Of a stretch of 64,000 nt of DNA, positions 18,843 through 27,752 are shown in pieces. Position 1 is the stretch's first letter, and the number at the start of each line of letters is the position of its first letter. The translations under genes and the position numbers were made by a program. The DNA is taken from the IMG/VR virus record IMGVR_UViG_3300046522_000316, positions 192,001 to 256,000 of that record; one strand, written 5' to 3'. Source of the DNA: a virus (lineage: Duplodnaviria > Caudoviricetes). The notes under the pieces were generated by a model, which did not search any database, was not told the DNA's origin, and saw only the letters and a program-made list of their open reading frames with translations.

Positions 18843-19829
18843 TCACTCGGCCAGCTGGATAGGCCGCATGTAATCCTCGACGATTTGAACGGCCTTGCGG
18901 CTGTCATCGTTCAGGCTACAGGTGCAGGTTACACGTGCATTGTCGTATACGCGGAACCACACTTTGAAATCTTTGTTCGTTTTGGAATGAAGCGTTACGC
19001 CCGCCGATTCGATCAGGCCTTTCAGTGGCCCTGTCTTATGCACTTCGGCCCGAACGCTACCAAAGACGAACATGTCAAGGTCTGCGAAGTCCGGATGCTG
19101 ATCAATGGCCTGCGTTAGGTCACACAGAATCTTTTCCGGGCGGATGCGTTTGGTTGGACAAATGAAGTCAGGATCACCGATCACAATCCAACCCAAATCC
19201 TCTTCGTCTTCACGTTCATAGCGAACGTTTTCAGACACGAACACATCCATGCGGCGACTGCCGCAACGACGCTCGGAAATCTTCGAATAATCGGTAATCG
19301 GAACGGCTGCAATTTCCTGCACATCTTGCGCCGTGAGTTCATGTTTTACGTGACGAAACAAACCGCCATGGGCCGTGCGCGATGGCTGGTACTTGATACC
19401 GGAACCGAACACGCTGAACAGCACAATTTCGGTGCCTTCCAGAATCACATCCACACGCGGGCGCAGGTTATGTTCCCATTTGTAAAACACTTCAGCTTTA
19501 CGGATTGTTTCCAGCTGCGCAACCAGTTCTTCGATGCGCAGGATTTCTTTTTTGCGCGCTTCGTAACGGGTGATGATCGCGAACGCCAGATGCATCAGCA
19601 CATGGTCATAATCAAACTCACCACCGGCCCCACGCAGAGGACGCATATTGAGGTCGATGCCCGGCGCGGTGAACGTCACTTTGTCCACATGCTTTTCGCC
19701 GTACATGCTGTATTCAATACGCAGTTTGCCACGGTCGGTTTCGACAAAATCATCGCCGCATTTCAACCGGTCGAATTCACCGTTAATGTGTTCCTGACAT
19801 TTGACAACAAACGTTTCGAGATTCATCAA
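18843..19829 (-). CDS. Hypothetical protein
   Basis: 328-aa ORF. Confidence 0.7.
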   Translation of the reverse strand: MMNLETFVVKCQEHINGEFDRLKCGDDFVETDRGKLRIEYSMYGEKHVDKVTFTAPGIDLNMRPLRGAGGEFDYDHVLMHLAFAIITRYEARKKEILRIEELVAQLETIRKAEVFYKWEHNLRPRVDVILEGTEIVLFSVFGSGIKYQPSRTAHGGLFRHVKHELTAQDVQEIAAVPITDYSKISERRCGSRRMDVFVSENVRYEREDEEDLGWIVIGDPDFICPTKRIRPEKILCDLTQAIDQHPDFADLDMFVFGSVRAEVHKTGPLKGLIESAGVTLHSKTNKDFKVWFRVYDNARVTCTCSLNDDSRKAVQIVEDYMRPIQLAE

Positions 19830-20068
19830 ACGATCCTTAGCCGTGGTCGGCAGATATTTTTAACCATCTGGATTAACCGGTCATTCTCTTCGAACACGAC
19901 GCCGGTTGCTTCCACTTCGTGCGGGTTTTCCCACACTTTAATAATTCCGAGGCTCACACCGCATACGGTGATCATCCAACCGCTGAAGTCGCGGTCGTTG
20001 TGACAGCCACAAATGTCATTCAGATGCAGACGAAAAATGTCCTGAAGTTCTTCTTTCTGATCGGCCAT
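19826..20068 (-). CDS. Small hypothetical protein ending RPRLRIV
   Basis: tagga RBS; 80 aa. Confidence 0.65.
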   Translation of the reverse strand: MADQKEELQDIFRLHLNDICGCHNDRDFSGWMITVCGVSLGIIKVWENPHEVEATGVVFEENDRLIQMVKNICRPRLRIV

Positions 20069-20091
20069 ATTTTCCTACCCTAGAAAGAGCG

Positions 20092-20113
20092 ATGGCGCCC
20101 CGGAGGACGCCAT
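20092..20113 (-). other. C(UCCG)G tetraloop hairpin
   Basis: atggcgtcc-tccg-gggcgccat on the minus strand, intergenic. Confidence 0.55.
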
Positions 20114-20119
20114 TTGCTT

Positions 20120-20638
20120 TTACGCGGCTTTCTTCAATTTTGCAGGCTTCAATTTCTTGATCGCCTCTTTGTCTTTCTTCGGCAGCTTCTTGATTTCATC
20201 AAGGAACTTGTGGTGTTCCCGGCTCAGCTTATCGCGGGCTTCTGGAATGGTGAACCACTTGCGTTTCCGCATGTGCTTTTCCTGCCAGTCGTCCAGCTGC
20301 GTGTGAAACTCCATCGCGTACATCACGACGTTTTGTTTCATGCCGTCTTTTTCGTATTGGAACTTGCCGATCTTTTTGGTAACGGTGCCAGAAACTCCCG
20401 CCTCTTCCCAACATTCTTTCGCCGCGTTTTCACGGGCGTCCAAATGCTTTTCCTGACCGCCTTTGGTAAAGCCCCACCAAGCGCCTTTCTTCAATTTCTT
20501 GACCAGACAAACTTGGCGGATACCGTCCTTGTCCCGGTAAGGAATGCAGCCCGATTGTTCACGGACTTTCATTTTCTTTTTCTTTTCCGGTTTTTTGGAT
20601 TTGGCTACTGCGATTTGGAGTTCAACCTGCATTTTCAT
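20120..20638 (-). CDS. Nudix hydrolase (DIPP/Ap4A-like)
   Basis: SGCIPYR...WGFTKGGQEKHLDARENAAKECWEEAGV Nudix box; RKRKWF. Confidence 0.9.
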   Translation of the reverse strand: MKMQVELQIAVAKSKKPEKKKKMKVREQSGCIPYRDKDGIRQVCLVKKLKKGAWWGFTKGGQEKHLDARENAAKECWEEAGVSGTVTKKIGKFQYEKDGMKQNVVMYAMEFHTQLDDWQEKHMRKRKWFTIPEARDKLSREHHKFLDEIKKLPKKDKEAIKKLKPAKLKKAA

Positions 20639-20700
20639 ACAGCCCCTTGTTAGTTAATGGAACGGGGTAAACCCCATCCCTATTAAATTACTGCTCACTG

Positions 20701-20716
20701 TATATTTACAGTTTTT
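20701..20716 (-). promoter_or_regulatory. AAAAACTGTAAATATA motif
   Basis: Exact copy; overlaps the K-L-stop end of the upstream gene. Confidence 0.6.
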
Positions 20717-21548
20717 CGGGGGCTGCTTTAAAGCCTAGTGCGTACAGCGTTACCGTCTGCTTATCACCATCCAACAGTCGGTCAGTGGTTGCGCAATGTG
20801 CGGTGCGGAAAGTACCCACGTCTTTCGACGATATCCACGTCAGGCCGTATTCAAACGCCGCGTCGAGGAACGCGCCGGGATTCAACAAGGTTGCAACTTC
20901 GTTGCCGATTACTTCGCATTTTCGCTTCGGTATTTCCTGCGAAAACATTTCTTCGATACGGACTAGGAATTGCACCATGGCCGAAAAATAGAAATAATTC
21001 TTCGGCCCTTGCCATGCGAAATCTTCTTCCAGATCGTCGCAATCCACATCGTCACAGCCGTACATATCAGGCACAACGAATTTGAAGACGCCTTCGCCTG
21101 CGTAAGCACCGTTGGTTTTCTTCAGATGCGCCACAAGGTAAGGGCCGATGTAGAAGTTTGCCAGATGGCCTCTAGGCAGGTCATCGGTTTTAACTTCCAT
21201 CGGTGTACCACGCGCCCGGAAAGCCTCAAGCACCATACCGATGGCCCTTGTGGTTTTCTGTTTGAAATCCCGATTGTATTTCGCACCCTTGATCAACAGG
21301 TTAATGCATTCCTGCTGATTGCGAACGGGCGTCGGGAAACGGCGGTGCGTAATGCCTCGGTATTCAGCCGTGTATTTTGTGCCGGGAATGTTTTTGCTCA
21401 GGGCAACTTTTACCCCGTCTTTTTCCAGAAGAATTAAGGCAGCTTCGTCGTCTTCTGCGTGAAAGCGATGTACGCCATCCGCCACAAAACCAGCGGCCAG
21501 CAATTGGTCGGTGAATTCTTTCGCGTCAACCGGATTAAATCTTGGCAT
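20706..21548 (-). CDS. Hypothetical protein
   Basis: 280-aa ORF. Confidence 0.7.
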   Translation of the reverse strand: MPRFNPVDAKEFTDQLLAAGFVADGVHRFHAEDDEAALILLEKDGVKVALSKNIPGTKYTAEYRGITHRRFPTPVRNQQECINLLIKGAKYNRDFKQKTTRAIGMVLEAFRARGTPMEVKTDDLPRGHLANFYIGPYLVAHLKKTNGAYAGEGVFKFVVPDMYGCDDVDCDDLEEDFAWQGPKNYFYFSAMVQFLVRIEEMFSQEIPKRKCEVIGNEVATLLNPGAFLDAAFEYGLTWISSKDVGTFRTAHCATTDRLLDGDKQTVTLYALGFKAAPEKL

Positions 21549-21867
21549 CTGGATTCGCCTTAACGCGAGTGTGGCCGTAGGTGCTGACCTGTTGGAAAAG
21601 CGCTTCGTCGATTTCTTTGCGCGATTCCAGCTTCAGCGTTTCGGAATAACCACGGCAGAAAACTTTGCCGTTCTGGCCGTAGTTACAGAACCCGGCGCTG
21701 ATCGCTTTGCCCGGAATGTGACCGTTGCCCGAACGACGAATTGCCCGATGGGTCATTTCGTACATTTCGTTGTGGTTGATCGACTTCGGAAACATGATCG
21801 GCACGTTGTGAGTGTCGCCGGATTCGTCACGGGTTTCGATTACGATATATTTGAATGCTTCGCTCAT
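21535..21867 (-). CDS. Conserved phage hypothetical protein
   Basis: KYIV...VPIMFP...SAGF...C.GYSETL.L.SR pattern. Confidence 0.7.
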   Translation of the reverse strand: MSEAFKYIVIETRDESGDTHNVPIMFPKSINHNEMYEMTHRAIRRSGNGHIPGKAISAGFCNYGQNGKVFCRGYSETLKLESRKEIDEALFQQVSTYGHTRVKANPDAKI

Positions 21868-22181
21868 TGTTCTGGATTCCTTGCCACGATGCTGATCGTT
21901 TCGCGATTGAGGTGTACCAGACTTTTTTCCAGTACGCCGATTTCGGTGTTCAGTAGGGCCACGCGTTGTTTGGTTTTTTCGACTTTGTTTTTCACGAAAT
22001 CAATCAACCACAACTGCGCTTCACGTTCGGTGGCAAACGACACCATAGGCTTAGACGCAGTGGCCCAACTTGCCCACGCGCCCTGCATGTAATATTGCGG
22101 GATATAAAGCTCGTTGAGTTTGATACCCGGCGCCGGTACGCGACAGAAAACGCGAAACGGAATTTGGTCAGGGCTATTCAT
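21864..22181 (-). CDS. Hypothetical protein
   Basis: ORF track; ATGA coupling. Confidence 0.6.
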   Translation of the reverse strand: MNSPDQIPFRVFCRVPAPGIKLNELYIPQYYMQGAWASWATASKPMVSFATEREAQLWLIDFVKNKVEKTKQRVALLNTEIGVLEKSLVHLNRETISIVARNPEQ

Positions 22182-22393
22182 GGTTTCAAATCCTTGGCCG
22201 CTTCTTTGTAGGACGCCACCGCGCCGTCACGAATGTGCGAAGCCAGAATGTAGAAACCGCATACAACACGTGCCACAAAATCCAACACACGGGATTCACT
22301 TTCCCACGACTGGTCTTCACGCTTATGGTTCACGGCAAACATGACGCCATAAACCAAGAAAACCAGAACTACCAACAGCACTAAATATTTCAT
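22178..22393 (-). CDS. Small membrane protein
   Basis: ggag RBS 9 nt before ATG22393; hydrophobic N-terminus. Confidence 0.6.
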   Translation of the reverse strand: MKYLVLLVVLVFLVYGVMFAVNHKREDQSWESESRVLDFVARVVCGFYILASHIRDGAVASYKEAAKDLKP

Positions 22394-22412
22394 TGTCCAT
22401 TGCTCCAAAGGT

Positions 22413-22430
22413 GCCCACCCGAAGGCAGGC
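22413..22430 (-). other. C(UUCG)G hairpin / possible terminator
   Basis: gcctgcc-ttcg-ggtgggc, intergenic. Confidence 0.6.
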
Positions 22431-22442
22431 CCCTTTTTTCAG

Positions 22443-22697
22443 TTATTGTTCGCCTTTCTCGGCACGGGCTGCATCACGCTTGCGTTTATCCCGTTCGTTG
22501 AGTGCGTTGGCTGCTTGGTGCATGGAATCTTCTATAAATTCCACTACGATCATGATCGCCGCAAACACACCGACCACAAAGTAGAAAATCGGATTCCACC
22601 ATTTGCGATCATCGCCCGTCTGCTCCTTGGATAGGTCGTAGCTAAACCACGACGCGTAACCGATCCACACCAGCAAAATCAGATAGATGAAAAACAT
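22443..22697 (-). CDS. Two-TM membrane protein
   Basis: TAATG-coupled to the ligase gene; two hydrophobic helices. Confidence 0.65.
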   Translation of the reverse strand: MFFIYLILLVWIGYASWFSYDLSKEQTGDDRKWWNPIFYFVVGVFAAIMIVVEFIEDSMHQAANALNERDKRKRDAARAEKGEQ

Positions 22698-24067
22698 TAT
22701 TCGTCTTCCCCTTCGCCGTAATATTCCGGGTTGTCGTTGATCAACACGTGCGGGATAAATCGCTCGTTCTTCCACGACAACGTTGGCGATTCGAATTCAC
22801 GAATGCACATCGTGGCCGCTGTCGATTCACGCATGGAATTGTAATCGGAAGCAACGTCGGGAACCATGAACATTCCGATGATGAAATTGTTCCGGCCTTC
22901 GACTTTGTGCGGTGCGTGGTACGCCTGATAAACGCAGTCGTCGCCTTTGTACGGGCCATCGGTGACGTGAGTTGTTGTACCCTGCGCGTCAAAGATTTCG
23001 ACGTTGCTGCTCATGCGACCAACACGTGGTTTTTTCACGTAAGAAACTTTATCGGTTTCGAATTTACGCTCATGCACGTAGGTTGGAATCACTGGCAAAT
23101 CGCCGTAACGCTCTGCGAACGCTGCGTCGTTTTCCAGCAGACGCCAGATGTAGGCCCAAATACCTTTGTTGCTGGTAAACCAACGCCACGCCGGTTCGAG
23201 CATGGTGGTATAGGACGCCCAGTTCTGCCATTCCTTGTACGCCTGCGGGAATGCCTCGACCATTTCTTCCCACGGCACCAACGCGAAAATAACCGTCAGC
23301 GGATTTTCACCGATGTGGAACGGGTTGGTTTTGTTGTTGAAGTCGTAGTCGATTTCCGTAACGTCTGCGAAAAGGCACACGTTGTTTTCGCCAAGAATTT
23401 GCGCGATAACTTCGGAGGTCGCAGTGTCCTCGAACGAATTGCTTTCGTGAATCACGGCAGCGTTGCCCGGAATCTCGCCCATGTCGCCAATCATGGTTTG
23501 CAGCAGCGGGTAAAAGCTATTCAGCTGCAATTCGTTGTCGCCGGTTACGGTTTCGCAAACCTGATTCTGGAACGAAACAGATTCGAAAAGCATGGTCGGC
23601 GTGTCGCCGTTGAATTCGTAGATCCCGGTCACTTCCTCGGTCACAGGATCAAACGCGGCGTCAAAGCGACCGTAGATCGCCTGACGGGCAGACCCATGGT
23701 CACGATAGGAGAACTTCGCGTAGTCGATGAAATACGGATGTTTGCGGAGGAAATCACAGCCCATAAAATACATGAGCGTTTCATTCGATTCGTTGAAGAG
23801 TTTCCCGACCGCCTCAACCAGCATTGCGTATGCGCGTTCGAAAGTGGTTTCGATTTTCGCGCAGGAACTCAGATGCAGATTGTAAACCGGCATGTGGGAA
23901 CTGTGTTCGAGGGGGAACGCAAAATATTCTTTTACGTCCGAGTAGAATTCCGCATCTGCTTCGGATTCCGGTTTCGGCATTTCGCGGTAGAAGGCTTGAG
24001 TCCACGGCAATTCCTCGACCATCAATTTGTTCAGGTCGAAGCCGATATTGTGATACGTGCAATGCAT
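22697..24067 (-). CDS. Glutathionylspermidine synthetase-like ATP-grasp ligase (YgiC/YjfC family)
   Basis: YGRFD...EFNGDTPT..FES, EPAW...SNKG, YVKKP..GR..SNV motifs. Confidence 0.9.
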   Translation of the reverse strand: MHCTYHNIGFDLNKLMVEELPWTQAFYREMPKPESEADAEFYSDVKEYFAFPLEHSSHMPVYNLHLSSCAKIETTFERAYAMLVEAVGKLFNESNETLMYFMGCDFLRKHPYFIDYAKFSYRDHGSARQAIYGRFDAAFDPVTEEVTGIYEFNGDTPTMLFESVSFQNQVCETVTGDNELQLNSFYPLLQTMIGDMGEIPGNAAVIHESNSFEDTATSEVIAQILGENNVCLFADVTEIDYDFNNKTNPFHIGENPLTVIFALVPWEEMVEAFPQAYKEWQNWASYTTMLEPAWRWFTSNKGIWAYIWRLLENDAAFAERYGDLPVIPTYVHERKFETDKVSYVKKPRVGRMSSNVEIFDAQGTTTHVTDGPYKGDDCVYQAYHAPHKVEGRNNFIIGMFMVPDVASDYNSMRESTAATMCIREFESPTLSWKNERFIPHVLINDNPEYYGEGEDE

Positions 24068-24097
24068 GAATAACTTCCTTGGAAAAATGCGAAAAGA

Positions 24098-24760
24098 TTA
24101 CGAGCCAGAACCGTGGGATGCTGCACGGGCACCGCCACCACCGGACATTACGCCAGACGCACGCGATGCAGCAGCCGCTTTATACGTGGCCGGGGCACTC
24201 GACGGGCTTGCACGCCATTGCGAAACGCGGTTGTTCATGTTCGAACGATACGACGGGCTAGACGTGACGGCAGCGCGGTTATTATTCATCAGCATCGACG
24301 TGTAGGCCGACGATCCGCTGTTACGGCATTTACGGCGATCTTGTTCGTTGCATTGCGTAGATTGCAACGGCTGGTGTTGCTGCTGATATTGCTGCATGCC
24401 GCCGTTCTGGTTCATCATTTTCGCCAACGCGTAACCACCGATGGCAGCAGCGCCAGCACCGGCCACCAACGGCCACACGGAATCGCTGCTTTGGCCGTTC
24501 GCTTCTTCACGCACAATATGCAATTGTTTTTCGCCGTTTGCACCGACGCCGTAATACGCATCTTTTACAGACGGATCTTTCGTTTGCAATTCCTTCACGG
24601 TTGCTTGCAAATCTTTTTCGTCTTCTGCGAGTTGTGCGCGGGTTGCCTGACCAGCCTCTTCGTCAACGTAGGCCTGTTCTTCGGCGTAGTCCGGGCTATC
24701 GTCACAGCCAGCGAGAATTACCAAACTTGCTGCTGCCAAAGCAATGACTTTTTTGTTCAC
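24098..24760 (-). CDS. Lipoprotein with Gly/Ser/Arg-rich tail (YgiB/DUF1190-like)
   Basis: GTG start; NKKVIALAAASLVILAGC lipobox; tail SRASGVMSGGGGARAASHGSGS; directly upstream of the ligase. Confidence 0.75.
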   Translation of the reverse strand: MNKKVIALAAASLVILAGCDDSPDYAEEQAYVDEEAGQATRAQLAEDEKDLQATVKELQTKDPSVKDAYYGVGANGEKQLHIVREEANGQSSDSVWPLVAGAGAAAIGGYALAKMMNQNGGMQQYQQQHQPLQSTQCNEQDRRKCRNSGSSAYTSMLMNNNRAAVTSSPSYRSNMNNRVSQWRASPSSAPATYKAAAASRASGVMSGGGGARAASHGSGS

Positions 24761-24816
24761 TTCATTTGTTTCCTTAATGGGGGTGATGTGGGCCAGTCGT
24801 AACAACCTGACCCCTG

Positions 24817-24828
24817 ATATTTACATTA
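24817..24828 (-). promoter_or_regulatory. Variant motif TAATGTAAATAT followed by a hairpin leader
   Basis: TGTAAATAT core; downstream aggggtcaggttg resembles the 38.6-kb leader. Confidence 0.5.
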
Positions 24829-25929
24829 TTCGGCGGTGGCGAGTTGCGGCAAACGCTTGTACAGGAAAGCCAGCAGGTTATCTTCGTGGGATTCGTCACG
24901 TGGAATCGTGAGGCCGTTATTGGTTTCCGTGTTGCGCCGTTCCATCCAGTACGTGACGGTTACGCCAGCATAAAATGCCATCGAAACATACGTGTCTTTC
25001 GGATCTTTATTGTCCGGCCACAGGAAAGCCACAATGCCCTCATGATCGAGCGTTACTTCCGGCGACGGCAAACCGTGTTCTTTCAACGTGGCGAAAAATT
25101 CACCTGCGTTGTTCAGACTGGCAGCAATCGGTTTTTCTTCACCGTCGCCTCCCCAGTTGAATTCGAGTTCGGCGTAAGTGTTTAGGGATTGTTCGGCCAC
25201 GGCGTAAAGCGCATTCGCTTTTTGCCGGGCTTCCTCTTCCTCCTTTTCGATTTCATTCAAAACCGCAACTTGTTCGTCGGTGTACGGCGGAATAACGCAC
25301 TCGGAATCTTCGCCAATTTCTTTGCGGTCGATACGCCCTTGCACCTGTTCGTAATCGGGTTCCGACCACGCCGGGGCGTCAGGATCGTTTGCTTCGGCTT
25401 GTTCCTGCGCGTGCATTTCTTCGTACATCGCTTTATCAGGATGTGGCAGACCGGCGACCACCATTTCCATGCACTGCGGGCAATGGTACATACCCATCGG
25501 CGCACCACACCACATTTCCGGATGTTCGATGCATTCGCCGTTGTTTTTGTACACACGGAAAATAACGGTGCGGATGTTGCCGGTTTCTTCGTTTTTCAGC
25601 ACGCGGAACGCAGTGTGAAATTCTTCCCAGTCGTATTTGAGCGCGTGCGTAAAAGCACCGATCAATTTCATCTGGTCTTCTTGTACGAGATTGCTACCCG
25701 CCAGTCCGAAAACGAAAGTCAGGCACTGCGTGGTTGCTTCGCCTTTTCCTTCGATGAAATAGTTCACGCCGTCTTTGTAGCGGAAGGGCACGATGCTGGC
25801 TGGCCCTGCGATGGAATCGAAAGAAATGCCCAGTTCTTTACCGTCGAACGGCGGCAGTTCCACATCCCACAAAACGTCACGCTGTGTGCCGTTGAAAACT
25901 ACGACGACTTCACCTTTAACCCACGACAT
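24826..25929 (-). CDS. Hypothetical protein with Cys/His (Zn-binding-like) motif and acidic region
   Basis: CIEH...WCGAPMGMYHCPQC. Confidence 0.7.
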   Translation of the reverse strand: MSWVKGEVVVVFNGTQRDVLWDVELPPFDGKELGISFDSIAGPASIVPFRYKDGVNYFIEGKGEATTQCLTFVFGLAGSNLVQEDQMKLIGAFTHALKYDWEEFHTAFRVLKNEETGNIRTVIFRVYKNNGECIEHPEMWCGAPMGMYHCPQCMEMVVAGLPHPDKAMYEEMHAQEQAEANDPDAPAWSEPDYEQVQGRIDRKEIGEDSECVIPPYTDEQVAVLNEIEKEEEEARQKANALYAVAEQSLNTYAELEFNWGGDGEEKPIAASLNNAGEFFATLKEHGLPSPEVTLDHEGIVAFLWPDNKDPKDTYVSMAFYAGVTVTYWMERRNTETNNGLTIPRDESHEDNLLAFLYKRLPQLATAE

Positions 25930-26314
25930 AAAACACCTCAGTAAATGATTGAATTGTTCGTGCGATCAAAGCCTGCACAATCGAATCGTCAGACTGGTAC
26001 GGGCCACACGGATCATGCCAAACGTCAGGCAACGAATAATCGCCGTCGTAGTTTGGTTCGAGCCACAGCAGGCCCTCTTCTTCCCGGTGGCCTTGTGGGC
26101 AGCAGCTGATAACGCATTCGCGCATTTCCACACCGTACAGGCGCATCAACTGGTGTTCGCTAATGTAATGCTGCTGGCCGTCGTTTTTGCTGATCACATA
26201 ATTGGGAACGATCAGGAAATGTTTTTCATTCCGTGAACGGTTTACCCTGCGTAGCATTTCGTCGATTACTTCCTGTTGATGCGGCGGAAGGTCAACGCCT
26301 TTGTATTTGGTCAT
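25916..26314 (-). CDS. Conserved phage hypothetical protein
   Basis: PNYVISKNDGQQHYISEHQLMRLYGV motif; start moved to MTKYKG. Confidence 0.65.
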   Translation of the reverse strand: MTKYKGVDLPPHQQEVIDEMLRRVNRSRNEKHFLIVPNYVISKNDGQQHYISEHQLMRLYGVEMRECVISCCPQGHREEEGLLWLEPNYDGDYSLPDVWHDPCGPYQSDDSIVQALIARTIQSFTEVFYVVG

Positions 26315-26973
26315 GGTTTCGGTGCTTCCAGATCCGTCGCCAAAACTTCTACGCAACCGCCGCCTTGCATTTCCACACGGGCCATAGTTCTTTGCTGTGT
26401 GAGACTCCCACCAATCCACATGTGGCGCACGATGCCGTTACGCCGTGCAGTGCTGACGTAAACCGGCATGCCTTCCTGCGCGATAAATTGCCGCTTCGGT
26501 GGCAAATAATCAGGGCCGTAGGGTTTCGGCAACGTCTTGATCAACGCTTCCAGTTTTTCGAAGGTCGTACTGTTGTGTTCGGAAACATCAGCAGCCTTGA
26601 GTCCCTGCACGTTTACCGGTTTAGCCATAGCCAGAACTTCTTTGATTTCTTCTTCGAATTTCTCGCCGTTGACATGCTGTTCAAATTCGACCGCGCTGTA
26701 GTGCCAGCTACCGGCTTCGAGCAAACGCAAAAACAGCGCACGCATCACCCGGTTCTGTGCTTCCAGTTCGGCGGAGCTACGCAGCGAATCCAGACTCGGA
26801 ATGACGCCGGTTTGTTTGTGGATTTCCAACATCATTTCGATCCACGAAACGATTTCGCTGTTCATGCTGCGATGCTGGCTGTCTGCGATGGATTTGATTT
26901 CTTCGCGCATGCCGTCCAAAAGACGCAACACGAATTTATCTGCGGTACGGCTGCTGTATGTTTTTGCACTCAC
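26311..26973 (-). CDS. amrZ: AmrZ/Arc-family ribbon-helix-helix regulator with extended C-terminus
   Basis: [37 protein letters not shown] closely follows Pseudomonas AmrZ ([37 protein letters not shown], recalled). Confidence 0.85.
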   Translation of the reverse strand: [220 protein letters not shown]

Positions 26974-27752
26974 GATACTTTCCCCACCAAAGCCATTGCC
27001 AGCTGATCGTTCAGCGATGGCTTATTGCGCAAATTGATTTTGAAATATTTGCGAGTCAATTGCTCAAGGCTCGCCAGTTCCCGCGCCACCGGATCACTCG
27101 AAGTTTGTTGCACGATGCATTCCACTTCTTTGATGGTGGTGATTCCGTATTTGAAAATGTACGGCAGGAAAAGTTTGTACGGGCCGAAGGTGCAAATCGC
27201 TTTCTTGCAAACGGTGCCGGGCACACGTTTTTCCGGCCACGTTTCTTGCAGAACTTTGATCACATCGTCAACGGTTTTTACCTGCTTGTATTCGTGCAGA
27301 TAATCCATTTCGATTACGCCTTCGTCTTCATAGTGCAAACTGAACAGACGATCACCGTTCAACTTCAGCGAAAACGCAGCAGTCCACGGGCTGTCGAAGA
27401 AACGCTTTTTGACAGGGCGGCGATTTTTACGCGGGGGCATCTTTGAGGGCTGCACCGTGTGTACGCCCATTTCGTACAAACGAATTTCAATGGCTTCACA
27501 CAGCGCACCAAACGCAGCAATATCTGCTTTGATTTTATCTGCGTAGGTCAGAACCTGTTTAAGGATTGTGGTGTCCATTGTGCGCGACGTGTACGTGTGT
27601 TCTTTGTCGTTGCATACGACACGCACCCGGCCATCGAAAGTCAGCAACGACACGTCGATGTGATGGAACGCCAAACGATCCCCACGCTGGCGGTGAAAGC
27701 CATACTCAAGCAACTGCGCGATCAGACCGGCGCGTTTTTCTTCCTGACTCAT
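26970..27752 (-). CDS. Hypothetical protein, partial paralog of 27749-28597
   Basis: L.L..ED....V.T.D.VIK.LQ segment shared. Confidence 0.65.
   Translation of the reverse strand: MSQEEKRAGLIAQLLEYGFHRQRGDRLAFHHIDVSLLTFDGRVRVVCNDKEHTYTSRTMDTTILKQVLTYADKIKADIAAFGALCEAIEIRLYEMGVHTVQPSKMPPRKNRRPVKKRFFDSPWTAAFSLKLNGDRLFSLHYEDEGVIEMDYLHEYKQVKTVDDVIKVLQETWPEKRVPGTVCKKAICTFGPYKLFLPYIFKYGITTIKEVECIVQQTSSDPVARELASLEQLTRKYFKINLRNKPSLNDQLAMALVGKVS

Noticed and set aside
22748-24073. 441-aa plus-strand ORF opposite the ligase (likewise 46197-47495, 56754-58106, 58103-59164 and many others)
   Set aside because: Antisense shadows of real minus-strand genes caused by codon bias; no RBS or recognisable motifs
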